Source: Candidatus Hodarchaeota archaeon (GTDB lineage Archaea > Asgardarchaeota > Lokiarchaeia > Sigyniarchaeales > SOKP01). From it: DNA of 64,000 bases. Of this stretch, positions 47,719 through 58,024 are shown piece by piece. The stretch lies in assembly GCA_048886685.1 (NCBI GenBank), contig JBHLKM010000001.1, positions 128,001 to 192,000 on the forward strand, written 5' to 3'. Every line of letters begins with the position of its first letter. Within the stretch, counting starts at the first letter, position 1. A program made the translations under genes and the position numbers. Under the pieces are notes generated by a model. That model was not told where the DNA came from. It ran no database searches and saw nothing but the letters and a program-made list of their open reading frames with translations.

Positions 47719-48891
47719 ATGATTGATGAAAAACGTATATTAAAAAATCTAAATGATTTTTCTTTTCCAAGATTATCTGGAACCGAATTTGAGAGAGAAA
47801 GTTTCAACATTGCCAAACAAAAGATAGAAGATCTAAATCTTATTCCACAAATTCAAGAGTTCTCATTTCGCATATTCTATTCAAGAATCTATCCTAAAAT
47901 TTCTTTATCATTATTAAGTTGGCTCCTCGTAGTCTTATTTTTGAATATTCAACCGATTTTTAATATAGTAAATCTGTTTCTTATTTTGATATCAATACTA
48001 ATTCTTATTTTACTTACAAGATTTCCAGAAAAACTTAAAATAGGACAGGAATATAATTCCCAGAATTTATTTGTAAATTTACCATCGCAATTTAAGAATA
48101 AAATATCTGAGAATAATATTTTTTTGTTTTCACATTTAGATTCAAAAGGACAAGCTTTCTCAATAAAAACTCGTATCCAATTATATTATATCTGGATATT
48201 TTCTTTTCCTTTAAGCCTAATATTTAATATCTTCAAATTTTTTATCATTTTAGAAGATATCTTGTTATATCGTATTTTATCGTTTTTGATCTTAATTATC
48301 AATTGTTTAACGACTGTTATATTATGGTTGAATACCACAAATAATAATTCTAAAGGTGCTATAGATAACGCTTCTGGAATATCATGTGTGTTAGAAATTC
48401 TTCATTATTATTCGGATCCAGAAAATAGACTTAAAAATATTGATTTAAATTTTGTTTTTACGGGTGCAGAAGAATCGGGTACTATGGGAGTGAGAAACTT
48501 CTATAAAAAAATTCGAAATTTTGATAGAGATAAGACTTTTATAATCAACTTTGATTCAATCGCTAAAAGAGTATATTTATGGGATCATGGTCTCCTTAAT
48601 AATAAATATTTTAAATCTAACAATTTTATTTTAGAAAATAAAGATATAATGAGTTTAGAGAAAACGCGAAGAATATACATTGGTACATATAGCGACGGCT
48701 TATTTCTTCTCAGTAAGAAATTCCAAGGAATTGGTAATGGTGATAAAAGCTCTTATAATTATATACACTCTATCAATGATGATGTGGACAAAATAAAAAT
48801 AACTGCTTTGAAAAAACTCTCCCAGTTTTATACAATTCTTTTAAATGAAGTTGATATTGATTTAAATGAACAATCAAAGAGTGCTGATTAG
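47719..48891 (+). CDS. M28 family zinc peptidase with inserted TM hairpins
   Basis: FSFPRLSGT, SHLDSK, GAIDNASG, GAEESGT.G, NFDSI, YIHS..D; hydrophobic hairpins at about aa 58-100 and 153-205. Confidence 0.82.
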   Translation: MIDEKRILKNLNDFSFPRLSGTEFERESFNIAKQKIEDLNLIPQIQEFSFRIFYSRIYPKISLSLLSWLLVVLFLNIQPIFNIVNLFLILISILILILLTRFPEKLKIGQEYNSQNLFVNLPSQFKNKISENNIFLFSHLDSKGQAFSIKTRIQLYYIWIFSFPLSLIFNIFKFFIILEDILLYRILSFLILIINCLTTVILWLNTTNNNSKGAIDNASGISCVLEILHYYSDPENRLKNIDLNFVFTGAEESGTMGVRNFYKKIRNFDRDKTFIINFDSIAKRVYLWDHGLLNNKYFKSNNFILENKDIMSLEKTRRIYIGTYSDGLFLLSKKFQGIGNGDKSSYNYIHSINDDVDKIKITALKKLSQFYTILLNEVDIDLNEQSKSAD

Positions 48892-50428
48892 GAATCAAGT
48901 TAATAACAAGGAGTTAGGAGTAGTAATCACTCCCCCTTTAACAGTAGAATATATTATTTCTAGATTAGGGAAGATTGAGGAAGATCAAAAAATTTTAGAT
49001 CCATGCGTTGGGCCTGGTATATTCGTAAAGAAATTAATAGAATCTGGGATAAGAAAGGATCAAATATTTACGTATGATATAAATTCAAGTATTAAAGAAG
49101 AGATAGAAAAACTCGGAGTTTCTTTTAAAGCACAGGATACACTTATCGCTTTATATCCCGATTCTTACAATGAGTTCGACTTTATTATTGGCAATCCCCC
49201 ATATCTAAATAAAGCAAGTGCATATATTCGTAAAAATAAATTGAAACTCAAAAAAATTTACGGGAAAATACATGCTCATGAAACATATGCCATGTTTATT
49301 ATAAATAGCATTTGGCGTTTAAAAGAAGGTGGAAAATTGGGTTTTATTACCAGTGATTCGTTTTTAACTCTAAGTACACATAAAAATCTACGGAAGTTTA
49401 TCCTTAATAACTGTATAATTAATGAAATTCTTTTAGCACCAAAAAATCTGTTTTCTAAGCAGAATGTAAGCACAAGTCCAGCTATTATCATCTTAACAAA
49501 ATGCTCTGGTCAAAAAAGTAAAAGGATTAGAGAAAAAAATATAATGAGGATTATTCCAAGAGTAAATAACGAGGAAGATTACAGAGTTCCAAAAGTTGTC
49601 AATGATATAGAGCAAAAAAAATATAATTCCTTACCTTATAACATATTTTTTATTGATGTTGAAGAAGAAATTATCGATTTATTTGAAAGGGCACCTAAAT
49701 TAGATAAGTATCTGAAAGGATATATTGGAATGCATACCCATAATAATAGGAAATACATAGCGGCTATTGAAGATACAGAATTAGCTGAAGTTTTTGAGGG
49801 AAGAAATAAGAGAATATCCGGTCCGAATCGAAAATATCAAATTATTTCAAAGAAAAACATTGAATCAATAAGGTGGAAGCCTTATTTAAAGAGAGGTGGT
49901 GCAGAACAATATTACAGACCAATTATGGAAGCATTAGATTGGGATCAAGAATCTAAAAAAAAATATGATATCCCCACGAATGTACCCTTTGAACAAGAGG
50001 GTATTATTATAAGCGGTGTAAGCTCAAGATTAGCCGCACGCCATATGCCAAAAGGATGTTATTGGGACTCAAATAAGGCTATCGGATTTATAATTATAGA
50101 TAAAGCTTTTACAATCGCATATTTGTTAGGTTTGTTAAACAGTTCTTTATATAATTACTTAGCTAAAGGAATTATCAATAATACCAGCAGTATTCAAATA
50201 ACAGGAATCCACTCTTTACCTATTATTTCAGTGGATGATGAAACGAAAAAAAGGGTTGAGGATTTAGTCAATGAAATTATCAGAAATAAAGAAAATAATC
50301 CAAATTATGATTACACGGAAAATCAAAAGAAAATTGATAATTTAATTTTTAACTTGTATTCAAAAAGATTTCATTTCCCATTAAGCCTGAAAAAAAAAAT
50401 AGATAAACAATTTTCAATTTATAGATAG
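48866..50428 (+). CDS. N6-adenine DNA methyltransferase (TaqI/Eco57I-like) with C-terminal target-recognition region; no adjacent nuclease
   Basis: LGVVITP, ILDPCVGPGIF (motif I), IIGNPPY (motif IV), LK.GG.LGFI, YLLGLLNS.L. Confidence 0.88.
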   Translation: MNNQRVLIRNQVNNKELGVVITPPLTVEYIISRLGKIEEDQKILDPCVGPGIFVKKLIESGIRKDQIFTYDINSSIKEEIEKLGVSFKAQDTLIALYPDSYNEFDFIIGNPPYLNKASAYIRKNKLKLKKIYGKIHAHETYAMFIINSIWRLKEGGKLGFITSDSFLTLSTHKNLRKFILNNCIINEILLAPKNLFSKQNVSTSPAIIILTKCSGQKSKRIREKNIMRIIPRVNNEEDYRVPKVVNDIEQKKYNSLPYNIFFIDVEEEIIDLFERAPKLDKYLKGYIGMHTHNNRKYIAAIEDTELAEVFEGRNKRISGPNRKYQIISKKNIESIRWKPYLKRGGAEQYYRPIMEALDWDQESKKKYDIPTNVPFEQEGIIISGVSSRLAARHMPKGCYWDSNKAIGFIIIDKAFTIAYLLGLLNSSLYNYLAKGIINNTSSIQITGIHSLPIISVDDETKKRVEDLVNEIIRNKENNPNYDYTENQKKIDNLIFNLYSKRFHFPLSLKKKIDKQFSIYR

Positions 50429-50469
50429 TAATTAATGATAATGAATTATATAAATTCTAAACAAGAAAA

Positions 50470-51312
50470 ATGGAATACATTAAAAGATTAATTGAGATTA
50501 GACAAAAAGGCTCTGAAGCAATAAATATTGAGGATATTCCTGTTATCTTTCATGTACTCTGTGATTTTATCAATATTAATCCAGAAGTTCAAAAACTCCT
50601 TGAAGACTATAAGCTAAGGATGATGGTGAAAATTGAAAATGGTAACCCATATAATCTTACTATTGAAGATAAAAATGCCGAATTTAATGAAGGTGCTTTA
50701 AAATCTCCAGATTTTATTATAAAATCAAATCTAAAAACAATTTCTAAATTAATTCTTGGTGAAGTAGATCCTCTAGAAGCCTATTTTTCTGAGATTTTTA
50801 AAATTGAAGGGGATATGATTAAGGTAATTAAGTTTGTTGAAATTCTAGATTTAGCTTTTCAATTAGTAGAAGGTAACGACAACGAAACCAAAAGAGGGGT
50901 GATTGATGCCAATTCTTTGAAAGATCTCTTAAATGTGTATTTAGAGGGGATTTCTAATCTCAAAGCATCTCATGTTCCCCTTTTTTTAGAGATTTTAACA
51001 ACATTTGTAAACAATAATCCTGAAGCAAAAGAAGTAATCTCCGAAGAAGATCTCAATATTCAAATGAAAATCACTGATCTTGATAATTATATCATCCGTA
51101 TAACCAATAATAGAATGGAATGGTCTAAAGGGGAGATAGCCAACTCTGATTTAATTTTAGAAACAGATCTTGAAACTTCTGCAGCATTATTAATAGAAGG
51201 CAACCCTGTGTCTGCATATATGGCGGGAAAGATAAGAATAGAAGGAAATATCGCTAAAGCTTTAATTTTTCAAGATTTAATTGAAGTCTTTTTAGATTTC
51301 ATTAATTTATAA
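50470..51312 (+). CDS. Tandem SCP2 lipid-binding domain protein
   Basis: Two repeats ending GEVDPLEAYFS..FKIEGD and GNPVSAYMAGKIRIEGN; internal repeat P.....L..F.N.NPE. Confidence 0.82.
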   Translation: MEYIKRLIEIRQKGSEAINIEDIPVIFHVLCDFININPEVQKLLEDYKLRMMVKIENGNPYNLTIEDKNAEFNEGALKSPDFIIKSNLKTISKLILGEVDPLEAYFSEIFKIEGDMIKVIKFVEILDLAFQLVEGNDNETKRGVIDANSLKDLLNVYLEGISNLKASHVPLFLEILTTFVNNNPEAKEVISEEDLNIQMKITDLDNYIIRITNNRMEWSKGEIANSDLILETDLETSAALLIEGNPVSAYMAGKIRIEGNIAKALIFQDLIEVFLDFINL

Positions 51313-51326
51313 TGATTTTATTTAAA

Positions 51327-53150
51327 TCATAGTTTTTCTCCTTTAATCTCTTCTTCATATTTCTTTCTTCTTTCTTCTAAATATTCTGGTATTGGAACAT
51401 CCCACCAACCCCATGCTGGTGAACCTGTAAAAGGGAAAGTTGTATTAACTAGTGCTTCTATAACTATTGGTTTGTTTGATTTACTTGCTCTCTCTAATGC
51501 GGGTATAATCTCTTCTTTTTCAAAAATTTTTTCAGCATAACAACCAAAACCTTCAGCTATTTTGGTAAAATCAGGTGAATAAGGATTTCCCTCCTTATCT
51601 TCAAATACAGTACCATAACCTCGATCTTCGCCGAATGTGGCTTGTTGAAGGTCTTTGATTGCAATCCAGCCATAATTATTCAATACAATAAAGAATATAT
51701 TTTTCAATCCTAATTGAACAGCAACCGATAACTCTGAAATTGTCATCATGAAGTCTCCATCACCCACAAGCGATACTACTTTACGATCAGGTTTTCCAAT
51801 ATCTATTGAGCCTAATTTTGCTCCTATTCCCGCTGGAACACTGTATCCCATAGTTGAAAATCCACCTGCCGTGATACATGTTTTTGGTTCGTAAAATTCC
51901 AGTTCTTGTATCATTTGAGCTTGTACATTTCCAGAACTAGTAATGAAAATCGTATCTCTATCAAAAAACTGCCGAATTTCTTGTAAGACTGTTGAAATCA
52001 TAACATTTGGGAAATTTTTATCTTTATTTCTTTGATCCTTTAAAATTTCAAACCATTTTCTTTTTTCTTCTTGGATTTCTTTGAAATAATCAGTTTTTTT
52101 ATACTCTTGCTTGTAATCGCCGAGTTCGTCAATAATTTGTCTTAAACATGCTTTCGCATCACCTATTATTCCAAGGTCAACAGGATAATTTTTACCTATC
52201 TCATTTTGATCAATATCAATCTGTATTAACTTTGTAGGGGGAATTGAAAAACTTACTCCTTCTTTATACGAGCTTGCTGTTTCGTCAGCAAATCTACAAC
52301 CAATCGCAAGGATTAAATCGGCTGAGGAAGTAATTTTTAAGCCAACTGTAGTTCCCTTGCTTCCAGTAGCCCAACAAAAAAGAGGATGATCATTTGGAAA
52401 TGCGTCTTTTGCCATCATGGTAGCCACAACGCCAGCACCAATCTTTTCTGCTAGGATTTTAACCTCCTCAAATGCTTCAGATGAAACAACTCCACCACCT
52501 AATAATAATACAGGTCTTTGAGCCTCTTTTAAGAAGACTACGGCACGAGTTATTAATTCCGGATCACTATAAATTCTCCCTTGAAATTTATGTTTTATAG
52601 GATTAGGGATTTCGGTAGTTATAGCAGATGATTGTACATCCATAGGGAGATCTATATGAATTGGACCTTTTCGTCCTCTCATCATTTGATTAAAAGCTCG
52701 TTGCATTATTGAGGGTAACTGTCCTACTGTATCAACCTGAAAGCTGCGTTTAACGATTGGTTCAAGGATTCTTGGCATATCAGAATCCCTTTTTCTTTCA
52801 ATTTCTTGTAAAACACCTTTGCCTCTCATGTGAACATGTGTATCACCTGTGAGGACCAAAACAGGCATACTATCTACGTATGCATCCGCAATCCCGATGG
52901 CTGTATTAATGGCTCCGGGACCAATAGAAGTAAAGACTACTAAAGGTTTCCCTGTGATTCGATAATAACCTACAGCTAGATGTACTCCACTCATCTCTTG
53001 TTTCGGTTGAATTAAAGTAAGCTTATCTTGATCTTTGAAGAAAGCATCGACAAGAGGGAGATTTCCGTGTCCTGGGATCCCGATAACATATTTCACTCCT
53101 TCTTTAATCAGATACTTGGAGATTATTTCTCCACCTGTATATTTCCGCAT
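51327..53150 (-). CDS. Thiamine-diphosphate-dependent enzyme (acetolactate synthase large subunit / IolD-like)
   Basis: GIPGHGN, QE catalytic Glu, TSIGPGA.N, GP.HIDLP.D, STMGYSVP, GDGDF...NN ThDP motif. Confidence 0.88.
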   Translation of the reverse strand: MRKYTGGEIISKYLIKEGVKYVIGIPGHGNLPLVDAFFKDQDKLTLIQPKQEMSGVHLAVGYYRITGKPLVVFTSIGPGAINTAIGIADAYVDSMPVLVLTGDTHVHMRGKGVLQEIERKRDSDMPRILEPIVKRSFQVDTVGQLPSIMQRAFNQMMRGRKGPIHIDLPMDVQSSAITTEIPNPIKHKFQGRIYSDPELITRAVVFLKEAQRPVLLLGGGVVSSEAFEEVKILAEKIGAGVVATMMAKDAFPNDHPLFCWATGSKGTTVGLKITSSADLILAIGCRFADETASSYKEGVSFSIPPTKLIQIDIDQNEIGKNYPVDLGIIGDAKACLRQIIDELGDYKQEYKKTDYFKEIQEEKRKWFEILKDQRNKDKNFPNVMISTVLQEIRQFFDRDTIFITSSGNVQAQMIQELEFYEPKTCITAGGFSTMGYSVPAGIGAKLGSIDIGKPDRKVVSLVGDGDFMMTISELSVAVQLGLKNIFFIVLNNYGWIAIKDLQQATFGEDRGYGTVFEDKEGNPYSPDFTKIAEGFGCYAEKIFEKEEIIPALERASKSNKPIVIEALVNTTFPFTGSPAWGWWDVPIPEYLEERRKKYEEEIKGEKL

Positions 53151-53351
53151 CTTTAATCCAAAATTATCTATAAATTTTTAAGGAATATAATTTGATAAAC
53201 TAAAAATAGATTTAAGTTTGTTTATGAACAAGAAATTGGTTATATAAGTTATTTTGAAAATTCATTATGCCCCTTCTTTTTATAAGCTAATCATTAAAAA
53301 TTAATTTATACCCCTATTGATGAATACTATTTAACTTATCGGATAAAGAAA

Positions 53352-54680
53352 GTGCCGTCTACTTTAGAAAAAATACGTGTTTTGGGAGAAAATTCGAAAT
53401 ATGATATCTGTGCTAGTACGGCTTCTAGTCGTACTGATAAATATCCAAAACTTTTTGGAAATACAAAAAGATGGATTGGGAATACAGCAAGCGCGGGAAT
53501 TTGCCATAGTTATACCCCTGATGGACGGTGTATGAGTCTTTTCAAAACTCTATACACCAATAAGTGTATTTATAATTGTAAATACTGCTTTTCACATAGC
53601 TGTAAGCGAAAGATGAGCTTTACGCCGGAGGAATACGCTCGTACATTTATGAAACTTTATTCGATGAATATTGTAGAAGGTGTATTTATTTCATCCGCAG
53701 TTTGTGGAAGTGCCGATAAAACTACTGAAGAAATGTTAGAAGCAATTCGATTGCTTCGATTTAAATATAATTTTCAGGGATATGTACATTTTAAATGCTT
53801 ACCAGGAGTCAGTCAATATCTCCTTAAAGAAGCAATAGCTTTATCTGATCGTATCTCAATCAATACAGAAGCCTCTTCTAAAGATTATCTTGCAGAAATT
53901 GCAGATCAGAAAGACTTCAATAATGATATTATTACACGTCAACGATGGTTAAAGCAGATTAGAATCAAACAAAATGATGAAGCTCTTAAAGAAATGAGAG
54001 ATATTGAGCAAGATTGTAAGTTGAGATACCAAGAAAAAATGATTAAAGATCGAAGAGAAAATGGTTATAAAAAATTTCGATGGGATGGTGCACCAATATT
54101 AAATAGCGGTCAAACAACACAATTTGTTGTAGGGGCTGCTGAAAGTGAATCCGATTATGATCTTCTTAAAAGAATTGATTGGGGATATAAAGAGATTGAT
54201 TTAAGGCGAGCGTACTTTTCTTCGTTTATTCCAATCGAGGGAACACCACTAGCCGGTAAACAGGCAGCTTCACTAGCAAGAGAACATCGGTTATATCAAA
54301 GTGATTGGCTATTAAGAATATATCACTATAAACTGAAAGATTTAGAGAAAATTTTTGATGAAGAAGGCAATTTACCTAATGGAGACCCGAAAATTCATCT
54401 AGCAAGAGAATATTTTAAAGATCGTAATCTTGTAGACCCTAATCAAGCTTCTTACCAAAAGTTATTGCGTGTTCCTGGAATTGGACCCATATCTGCAAAA
54501 CGTATAATAAATCTACAGGCTAAAAAATTCATATTTAAAAGTAGACAAGACCTTAAATCTGTTGGAGTAATATTAAAGCGAGCTGAACCTTTCCTTCTGA
54601 TAGATGGGCATAATCAAATGACTTTGAACAAATATTTTGATATAGATAATGATAAAATTTCACAAAGGGAAATCGCTTGA
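53352..54680 (+). CDS. Putative DNA modification/repair radical SAM protein (TIGR03916-like) with HhH motif
   Basis: SKYD.CAS, GICHSYTPDGRC.SL.K, CIYNCKYC, GY.H.K, GQTTQ.VVGA, REHRLYQ.DWL.R.Y, LLRVPGIG..SA.RI. Confidence 0.9.
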   Translation: MPSTLEKIRVLGENSKYDICASTASSRTDKYPKLFGNTKRWIGNTASAGICHSYTPDGRCMSLFKTLYTNKCIYNCKYCFSHSCKRKMSFTPEEYARTFMKLYSMNIVEGVFISSAVCGSADKTTEEMLEAIRLLRFKYNFQGYVHFKCLPGVSQYLLKEAIALSDRISINTEASSKDYLAEIADQKDFNNDIITRQRWLKQIRIKQNDEALKEMRDIEQDCKLRYQEKMIKDRRENGYKKFRWDGAPILNSGQTTQFVVGAAESESDYDLLKRIDWGYKEIDLRRAYFSSFIPIEGTPLAGKQAASLAREHRLYQSDWLLRIYHYKLKDLEKIFDEEGNLPNGDPKIHLAREYFKDRNLVDPNQASYQKLLRVPGIGPISAKRIINLQAKKFIFKSRQDLKSVGVILKRAEPFLLIDGHNQMTLNKYFDIDNDKISQREIA

Positions 54681-55339
54681 GAAAAACGTTTGAAGAAAAG
54701 GATCCGTTGGAAGTCGTTGGGTGTGCTAAAGGTCATTCACATGAGGAATTAATACATAATCTTCCCCGTCATTATGATTATTATCCTGGTCTTATCCAAC
54801 AGATTAAAAAAATTCCAGAAGTTGTCTTACGTAATTCTGGTACTCCATTCGCAAAAAAAATTAACCGTATGATGCGTGAGATTTCTAAAGAAACTTATCG
54901 GGCTATACAATTCACACGTACTGAAATTAATAATAGGGGGGTATTATTTGGAGTAGTTTCTCTCAAACACAAGGTGATAGATCGTGTCTTAAGTTATTTC
55001 CATAAGAGATGGCCAGATTGTATAATCTGTCTATATAATGAACATACCCACAGAACTTCAACAATGGATGAAGAAGGGAAATTTTGTGGGTTTGACACTC
55101 CACTAAAAGCTGTTGTAGAAAATGTAAGTAAAAATCGTCCCCTTATTCCATATTTCGATGATATCCAATTTACTGGAGAGGAAATCTTCGAGACACTATA
55201 TAAATCACAGTTTATTGCCGAACGAGAGAATCCATCCTTTTATAAAAGGATGATTCCAGATAAGTGTTTTGAATTGCCTGGGATGAGAGGTGGAGTAGAA
55301 AAGCGTTTTCGAAATAAAAGGATTAATGACTATATATAA
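54677..55339 (+). CDS. DUF4130/TIGR03915-like partner of the radical SAM protein
   Basis: Start overlaps the radical SAM stop. E..R...F.R, H.V......YF..R, Y.SQFI.ER.N......MP-like pattern. Confidence 0.7.
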   Translation: MRKTFEEKDPLEVVGCAKGHSHEELIHNLPRHYDYYPGLIQQIKKIPEVVLRNSGTPFAKKINRMMREISKETYRAIQFTRTEINNRGVLFGVVSLKHKVIDRVLSYFHKRWPDCIICLYNEHTHRTSTMDEEGKFCGFDTPLKAVVENVSKNRPLIPYFDDIQFTGEEIFETLYKSQFIAERENPSFYKRMIPDKCFELPGMRGGVEKRFRNKRINDYI

Positions 55340-55341
55340 TA

Positions 55342-56118
55342 TTATATGATTTTTGCAAATATTTCTTTTGCTTCCCTGTAAGAAGAATTATCATGTGATA
55401 AATCTAGCAAATTTCCCCCAATTAAGTTAATTTCGCTGATTTCATCATTATTAGAGATAAATCCTAATAATTTTACATTTTGTTGATTGATTTTTTCAAT
55501 TTCCTTTATTAGAATATCTCTAAGGCTTTCTGGAAAACGATTTCCTAATACCCATATATTCTCAAATTGTAAATCTACTTCGTTGGCAATTTCCAGAATC
55601 CGTCTTAACGTATGGATACCCATTTTAGAAGGATCTGTGACAACTACTAAGTCAGTTACATTTCGACCTGTTTTTCGTGCGAAATGTTCTAATCCCGCAG
55701 GAGAATCTAATAAGGTGATATCATAATTTTTAGAAAGGGTATCAATCACATTCTTTAATACAGAATTAATATAACAATAGCATCCTTCTCCTTCTTGTCG
55801 ACCCATTTCTAAGAGATCAAAATCATTCATTTCTATCAAGCATTCGTAAACATCACCTTCAATAACTTGATTTTTAGGAACATCTAGAGGTAATTGTCTT
55901 TTTTGGATTTTATCTTTTAAAACTTTCATCTTTCCACCAATTGTATCGCAAAACTTTACTTCCTCTCCAATTACATCTGCAATATTAGCATCAGGATCAG
56001 AATCTATCACCAAAACATCCAGATTATTTTTATTTTCTAAGATATATTTTAAGAATAGTGCTAGAGAAGTTGTTTTTCCAACACCTCCTTTACCACTAAA
56101 TGCTATAATTTTTTTCAT
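55342..56118 (-). CDS. cooC: CooC/AcsF-type nickel-insertion ATPase (MinD/ParA family)
   Basis: SGKGGVGKTT, D.DPD.N, GCYC metal motif, D..AGLEH..R. Confidence 0.85.
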   Translation of the reverse strand: MKKIIAFSGKGGVGKTTSLALFLKYILENKNNLDVLVIDSDPDANIADVIGEEVKFCDTIGGKMKVLKDKIQKRQLPLDVPKNQVIEGDVYECLIEMNDFDLLEMGRQEGEGCYCYINSVLKNVIDTLSKNYDITLLDSPAGLEHFARKTGRNVTDLVVVTDPSKMGIHTLRRILEIANEVDLQFENIWVLGNRFPESLRDILIKEIEKINQQNVKLLGFISNNDEISEINLIGGNLLDLSHDNSSYREAKEIFAKII

Positions 56119-56268
56119 TACACTCCTCTCAATGCGAGTTTTTAATCTCTAATTAAAGATAATAGATTTAAGGTTAAAAATTTATTATAAATAATTAAAA
56201 AGATAAAACTGCTTTCTAATAGGAAAAATTAACTTGTTCAATAGAGAAATTAATAATAAATAGAACTT

Positions 56269-56973
56269 TTGATTTTTCGTAATAGGAGTGATGTAACTCT
56301 GGAAAAGATAAATGAAAAAATAGAAATTAAAGGAATTATATTTGATTTTGACTTTACATTAGCAGATTCATCTAAAGGAGTTCTAGAATGCATAAATTAT
56401 GCTTTACAGGAGATTGGGTTTAAAAAGTTCCCAGCAAAAGAGATTAATAAAACGATCGGTCTTACACTTGAACACACGTTAATCAACCTAGTAGGAGAGC
56501 AACATAGAGATAAGGCTGAAAAATTCAAGCATTTTTTCATTAAAAAAGCAGATGAAGTTATGGCAGATCTTACTATATTATTTTCAGAGACACCTGCCGT
56601 AATTCAATTTTTATTCGAGAAGGGAATTAAACTAGGTATTGTCTCTACGAAATTTCGTTATAGAATTGAAGCTATTTTGAGTAGAGAAAATCTTCTAAAT
56701 TTTTTTGAAGTTATTATTGGTGGAGAAGATATATCAACTCTTAAACCCAATCCATATGGTTTGTTGTTAGCAGCTAATAAATTAAATTTACAGCCCTCAG
56801 AAGTTATCTATGTAGGAGACAGTATAATTGATGCAGAAACGGCTAATAGGGCAGGTATCTCATTTATTGCTGCCCTTTCAGGAGTTGCTACCCGAGATAC
56901 CTTCAGTCAACTTCAAGTAAAAGATTTTATTAATAATATCTCTGAAATTCCAAGCAAATTGGGTATTAAATAA
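56269..56973 (+). CDS. HAD-superfamily phosphatase (phosphoglycolate phosphatase-like); possible CTG start at 56299
   Basis: FDFDFTLADS, STK, KPNP, YVGDS..D. Confidence 0.88.
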   Translation: MIFRNRSDVTLEKINEKIEIKGIIFDFDFTLADSSKGVLECINYALQEIGFKKFPAKEINKTIGLTLEHTLINLVGEQHRDKAEKFKHFFIKKADEVMADLTILFSETPAVIQFLFEKGIKLGIVSTKFRYRIEAILSRENLLNFFEVIIGGEDISTLKPNPYGLLLAANKLNLQPSEVIYVGDSIIDAETANRAGISFIAALSGVATRDTFSQLQVKDFINNISEIPSKLGIK

Positions 56974-56993
56974 AGAATAGAAATGAGATATTA

Positions 56994-57800
56994 TTATTGT
57001 TCCTGTCTATACACCGGAACAATTTTTGAGGTAAATTCCTCAAGTGCATAAGGAAACTCATCTTCACTAGCAATTTTCCCCAATTCTAACATTATTTGTC
57101 TGGCTAAGAGCCAAAATGCTAATCCCAATGCTTTCTTACCTCGATTGTTTGCGGGAATTGCCAGATCTATACCATCAAGGATGTCATCAGTATCAAAAAG
57201 AGCTACGACAGGAATTCGGGCTAATTTTGCTTCTCTTAAAATTACCTTATCAGCATGTGGATCAACAATTACCACAACGCTAGCATCCTTTATATAGGTT
57301 TCTATTAGCGGATTGGTTAAACTTCCTGGTATAAATCGATTTGTAACGGCTTTACACCCTAGAACTTCACAGAATCTTTTAACAGGCTCTTTTCCATATC
57401 TTCTAACAGAAGTAACTATCACTCTGTCGCTCCCTTCCTCAATATATTTGGATAAGAACTTCGCCGCAATTTTTAATCTCTCGTCTGTTTTAGTTAAGTC
57501 AATAACATATAAACCATAGTTAGTTTGTCTATAAATAAATCTTCGAGCGTCACCAGTTAATAATTTTGTACCAATATGTATACCACAACTTAAATAAAGT
57601 TGCTTTCTTTCCTCATCTTTATCAACTAATTCCTCTTTTAGTTCAATTCCAGCTTCGATGTCTTCAGCATCTAATAATTCAAGTTCTTCTTCAAGATCTA
57701 AATCTTCTTCAAAATCCACCTCTAACTCTTCTTCAAAGTCTTCTAAAGTCTCTTCGTTCTTTACGGTTTTTTCTTCAGTCTTTTTCTTCTTCTTAGCCAA
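56994..57800 (-). CDS. rps2: 30S ribosomal protein uS2 (archaeal type) with long acidic N-terminal extension
   Basis: YL..G.HIGT, G.YVIDL.KTDERL, RFIPG.LTNP, DP..D...EA...IPVVA..DTD, IPANNRG..AL....WLLAR. Confidence 0.95.
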   Translation of the reverse strand: MAKKKKKTEEKTVKNEETLEDFEEELEVDFEEDLDLEEELELLDAEDIEAGIELKEELVDKDEERKQLYLSCGIHIGTKLLTGDARRFIYRQTNYGLYVIDLTKTDERLKIAAKFLSKYIEEGSDRVIVTSVRRYGKEPVKRFCEVLGCKAVTNRFIPGSLTNPLIETYIKDASVVVIVDPHADKVILREAKLARIPVVALFDTDDILDGIDLAIPANNRGKKALGLAFWLLARQIMLELGKIASEDEFPYALEEFTSKIVPVYRQEQ

Positions 57801-58024
57801 TGTAGTAGCCTTATTTTTTTTATATTTTTATTCAATCTACTATTCAATAACAAAAATATCAAAGAGTTATGAATATTTGATTAAATACATCATAACTTTA
57901 ATATTTTATTGAGAGAAACTTTCTAATTATTTCAGAACTTAAGAATTAAAATAGCAAAAATGATTTTAATTATTATTCAATCATAATTATATCTTGATAA
58001 ATTAATTTTAAGCTGATATAAACA

